Positions 38,167-39,600 of a stretch of DNA of 39,600 bases are shown here, piece after piece. Position 1 is the first letter of the stretch. Every line of letters begins with the position of its first letter. The stretch is taken from IMG/VR virus record IMGVR_UViG_3300013383_000010. One strand, given 5' to 3'. The notes under the pieces are model-generated. The model worked only from the letters and a program-made list of their open reading frames with translations. It was not told the origin of the DNA and did no database searches. Source of the stretch: a virus. A program made the translations under genes and the position numbers.

Positions 38167-38313
38167 TTACCCCGCCTCCTTCTCGTCCTTTTTCTTGCTC
38201 TGCATATACTCCACGGCCAGAGCCGCGCCGTCGATCTGCTGCACGAACTTCTCCTGCAGCTCCGGCGGCAGCGCGCACACCTTCTCGGCCAGCGCCTTCT
38301 CCTTTTCGCTCAT
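38167..38313 (-). CDS. 48-aa first gene of the early operon
   Basis: SD CAGGAGGTGAGGAC precedes ATG 38313. The rest of track ORF 38167..38796 is Arg-rich out-of-context sequence. Confidence 0.5.
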   Translation of the reverse strand: MSEKEKALAEKVCALPPELQEKFVQQIDGAALAVEYMQSKKKDEKEAG

Positions 38314-38350
38314 GTCCTCACCTCCTGTCGCTTGTGTTTTTCCCGCTCCT

Positions 38351-38374
38351 GCGGTACGATGAAAAATGCCGCGG
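38351..38374 (+). repeat. 24-bp inverted repeat, left arm (GCGGTACGATGAAAAATGCCGCGG)
   Basis: The reverse complement recurs at 38672..38695 with 23/24 identity. It lies in the divergent region between the early operon and the small HTH gene. Confidence 0.9.
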
Positions 38375-38405
38375 CTGTGTGCTGCTTTGTATCTCCATCT
38401 CGGAG

Positions 38406-38636
38406 ATGAAAGGTGGTGGTACATTGCCGCACCCGGAAAAAGAGGGTCTCGTGCTGTTCTTCCTGAACAAGCAGGACAACGCCGTCTTTGCACGCCGTCT
38501 CGGTGTCTCCTTTCAGACGCTTTGCCGTTTGTACCGCGGGACCGAGAGAATGAGCCGTTCCGTTCGCCGGAAGGCTCTTTCAATTCTTGGCGTGACCGAA
38601 GACGAGTTTTCTTTCCTTGTCTCGAAGGTCGCCTGA
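38406..38636 (+). CDS. Small Cro/XRE-like HTH protein
   Basis: HTH segment AVFARRLGVSFQTLCRLYRGTERMSRSVRRKALSILGV. The start is uncertain: ATG 38406 (no SD spacing), TTG 38424 (GGTGGTGG upstream) or GTG 38451 (AGAGGG upstream). Confidence 0.65.
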   Translation: MKGGGTLPHPEKEGLVLFFLNKQDNAVFARRLGVSFQTLCRLYRGTERMSRSVRRKALSILGVTEDEFSFLVSKVA

Positions 38637-38644
38637 TTCCCGGA

Positions 38645-38671
38645 GGGAGGCCGCACCCCGGTCTCCCTTTT
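38645..38671 (+). terminator. Rho-independent terminator after the small HTH gene
   Basis: GGGAGGCCG-caccc-CGGTCTCCC (one G-U pair) followed by TTTT. Confidence 0.65.
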
Positions 38672-38695
38672 CCGCGGCATTTTTCATCGCACCGC
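38672..38695 (-). repeat. 24-bp inverted repeat, right arm
   Basis: Plus strand CCGCGGCATTTTTCATCGCACCGC is the reverse complement of the left arm with one mismatch. Confidence 0.9.
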
Positions 38696-38698
38696 TTG

Positions 38699-38714
38699 CG
38701 TTGCATTGCTTTGT
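38699..38714 (-). promoter_or_regulatory. Conserved leader motif, core copy 2 (CGTTGCATTGCTTTGT)
   Basis: Exact 16-nt core shared with 76..91 and 38973..38988. A degenerate version TGCTGCTTTGTATCTCC lies at about 38380..38396. Confidence 0.45.
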
Positions 38715-38789
38715 CTCCGGCGTCGCTTCCGCCCTTATCGTTGAGCACCATATGGAGATTTTCCGTTTCTTCGTCTCGCTTTTCCGCGG

Positions 38790-38951
38790 TTAACACAGCA
38801 GCATCTTCACCGCAGCCACGAGAAGCGCCCCCGCGATCCCGAATAGCACGGCGACCGCCGTTTCAAGCGCTTCCGCTTTCCAGCGCAGCCGGATCAGCTC
38901 TTTTCTCATCGCGTCCACACTCTCTTCCAGCTCCTCCAGCTCCTCTTCCAC
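38790..38951 (-). CDS. Small coiled-coil + TM protein (53 aa from GTG; 68 aa if ATG 38996)
   Basis: EEELEELEESVDAMRKELIRLRWKAEALE followed by TM segment TAVAVLFGIAGALLVAAV. The conserved leader with SD AAAGGAGGGGG lies about 10 nt before GTG 38951 and would be inside the ORF if ATG 38996 were used. Confidence 0.5.
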   Translation of the reverse strand: MEEELEELEESVDAMRKELIRLRWKAEALETAVAVLFGIAGALLVAAVKMLLC

Positions 38952-38954
38952 CCG

Positions 38955-38989
38955 CTCACCCCCTCCTTTCTGCGTTGCATTGCTTTGTT
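38955..38989 (-). promoter_or_regulatory. Conserved leader motif, copy 3
   Basis: Plus strand CTCACCCCCTCCTTTCTGCGTTGCATTGCTTTGTT. Near-identical to 59..92 apart from one C and a TG insertion. Confidence 0.5.
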
Positions 38990-39046
38990 TTGCCATCCTC
39001 CCGCCGTTTCTGGATTGGTCTTACTCAGAAAAAAGGAGGTTCGCTC

Positions 39047-39562
39047 ATGTCTTATCTGGTAAATTTCGTTCCGTCTCCCGCTCCGGTTCTCGACCCCCGG
39101 CTTCGCGGTCGGATCGTCTTTTGCTCCGATGCGCAGATTCCGCAGGAGATCAACCTCGCTTTGTCGCTGGTTCTCGTAGCTGTCGCCGATCAGTTGGAAA
39201 AAGAAAACCGCCTCTTCGGCGATACGCCGATCACCTGCATCTTTTCCAATTCAGATTCCTTCACGATTGCCCTGAACGAACCGGAGCAGGCCGTCTGTAT
39301 GCGGATCATCTTTTATCCGCTTTCCCGGCTGTGCCGCCTCGGAGCAAATCAGCTTCTCACTTCTCTTGCCGAGGAGCTTTGCCATCTTATCTGGGACATC
39401 CCCGACGAAACCCTTGTCAACTTTAAGGTTCTTGAGGTGCTTCGTAATCTTCGTCCGCAATTCTCCCTCGCGGATCTGTACTCGGCTGCTGAAGTTGAAG
39501 CATGCGCTCAGTACGCGCAAGAACATCCGAATCTACCTCTATCGGAATTGCTTCCGGGTTGA
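39047..39562 (+). CDS. 171-aa hypothetical protein, first gene of the lysogeny-side operon
   Basis: Strong SD AAAAGGAGG lies 7 nt before ATG 39047. Coding-like composition. Runs into the terminal repeat. No catalytic motif (EELCH is not HExxH). Confidence 0.6.
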   Translation: MSYLVNFVPSPAPVLDPRLRGRIVFCSDAQIPQEINLALSLVLVAVADQLEKENRLFGDTPITCIFSNSDSFTIALNEPEQAVCMRIIFYPLSRLCRLGANQLLTSLAEELCHLIWDIPDETLVNFKVLEVLRNLRPQFSLADLYSAAEVEACAQYAQEHPNLPLSELLPG

Positions 39563-39600
39563 GTTTGTCTTTTCGCATTTCCTCACCCCCCTCCTTTCCG
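39524..39600. repeat. Terminal direct repeat, identical to 1..77
   Basis: See the feature at 1..77. Confidence 0.95.

Noticed and set aside
38167-38796. 209-aa minus-strand ORF spanning the switch region.
   Set aside because: Only the last 48 codons, after a strong SD at 38314..38327, look coding. The upstream part is Arg/Gly-rich and antisense to a convincing HTH gene on the plus strand.
39047-39562. ImmA/IrrE-type metalloprotease partner of the XRE repressor, suggested by its position next to an XRE gene and by an EELCH string.
   Set aside because: No HExxH motif is present (EELCH lacks the first His), and the gene order is the reverse of typical immR-immA pairs. It is left as hypothetical.
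39423-39578. 51-codon minus-strand ORF (MRKDKLNPEAIPIEVDSDV...), also readable from ATG 55..53 across the junction, with a very strong SD and a consensus promoter upstream.
   Set aside because: It is not called as a CDS. It is fully antisense to the better-supported 171-aa gene, uses many codons that are rare in the other genes, and has no recognisable fold. It is kept only as part of the antisense-transcript hypothesis.
1-39600. Searched for a reverse transcriptase (DGR or retron), CRISPR arrays, rRNA or complete tRNA genes, transposases and in-frame stop-codon recoding.
   Set aside because: None was found. There is no RT-like YxDD motif in any plausible ORF and no short-repeat/spacer arrays. 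All confident genes read through with the standard code, and the only recombinase is the integrase.

Overview
The window is one complete, circularly closed phage genome. Bases 1-77 are identical to 39524-39600, so the unique length is 39,523 bp. It is a temperate tailed phage of a GC-rich Firmicute (Clostridia-like) host. No tail-tube, sheath or tape-measure gene is present, so a short-tailed (podovirus-like) virion is inferred.

Layout:
1. Plus-strand lysogeny module, 39047 through the junction to 3354: a 171-aa unknown protein, an XRE repressor, a DinJ/YafQ-type toxin-antitoxin pair, a membrane-anchored HTH protein and a zinc-ribbon tyrosine integrase. It ends in an attP region whose core is a tRNA 3' end (Gly-like) flanked by arm-type repeats.
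2. Minus-strand early operon, 38313 down to 32982. It is translationally coupled and encodes small Zn/HTH proteins, an HNH protein, a Lar-type anti-restriction protein, PcfK-like and PcfJ-like proteins and a DUF3102 protein.
3. Opposite-strand cassette 31583-32955 (DUF4160, DUF2442+HTH, double HicB-like) with its own promoter/operator and terminator.
4. An HUH rolling-circle Rep, a small HTH protein, TerS and TerL.
5. A self-contained promoter-to-terminator cassette, 28194 down to 27113 (RHH, Cys-rich protein, two micro-ORFs). It sits where a portal gene is normally found.
6. Scaffold, decoration-like protein, major capsid protein, holin, adaptor, tail protein, fibres, GH25/Cpl-7 endolysin, then the portal, a Zn-ribbon peptide, a 435-aa protein and a 3,109-aa giant multidomain protein.

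Most notable observations:
- The giant polyvalent-type protein has two HExxH motifs and a mosaic 2 x 642-bp in-frame tandem duplication.
- A 24-bp inverted repeat brackets the small Cro-like gene.
- A ~50-nt double-hairpin element occurs twice and differs by a compensatory base-pair insertion.
- A 33-39-codon micro-ORF family has three copies and is missing from the ORF track.
- A conserved leader motif occurs three times.
- An HUH Rep is the only recognisable replication gene.

All functional calls rest on motif and pattern recognition from the translated sequence and on gene context. No database search was possible, so family names are hypotheses to be verified.
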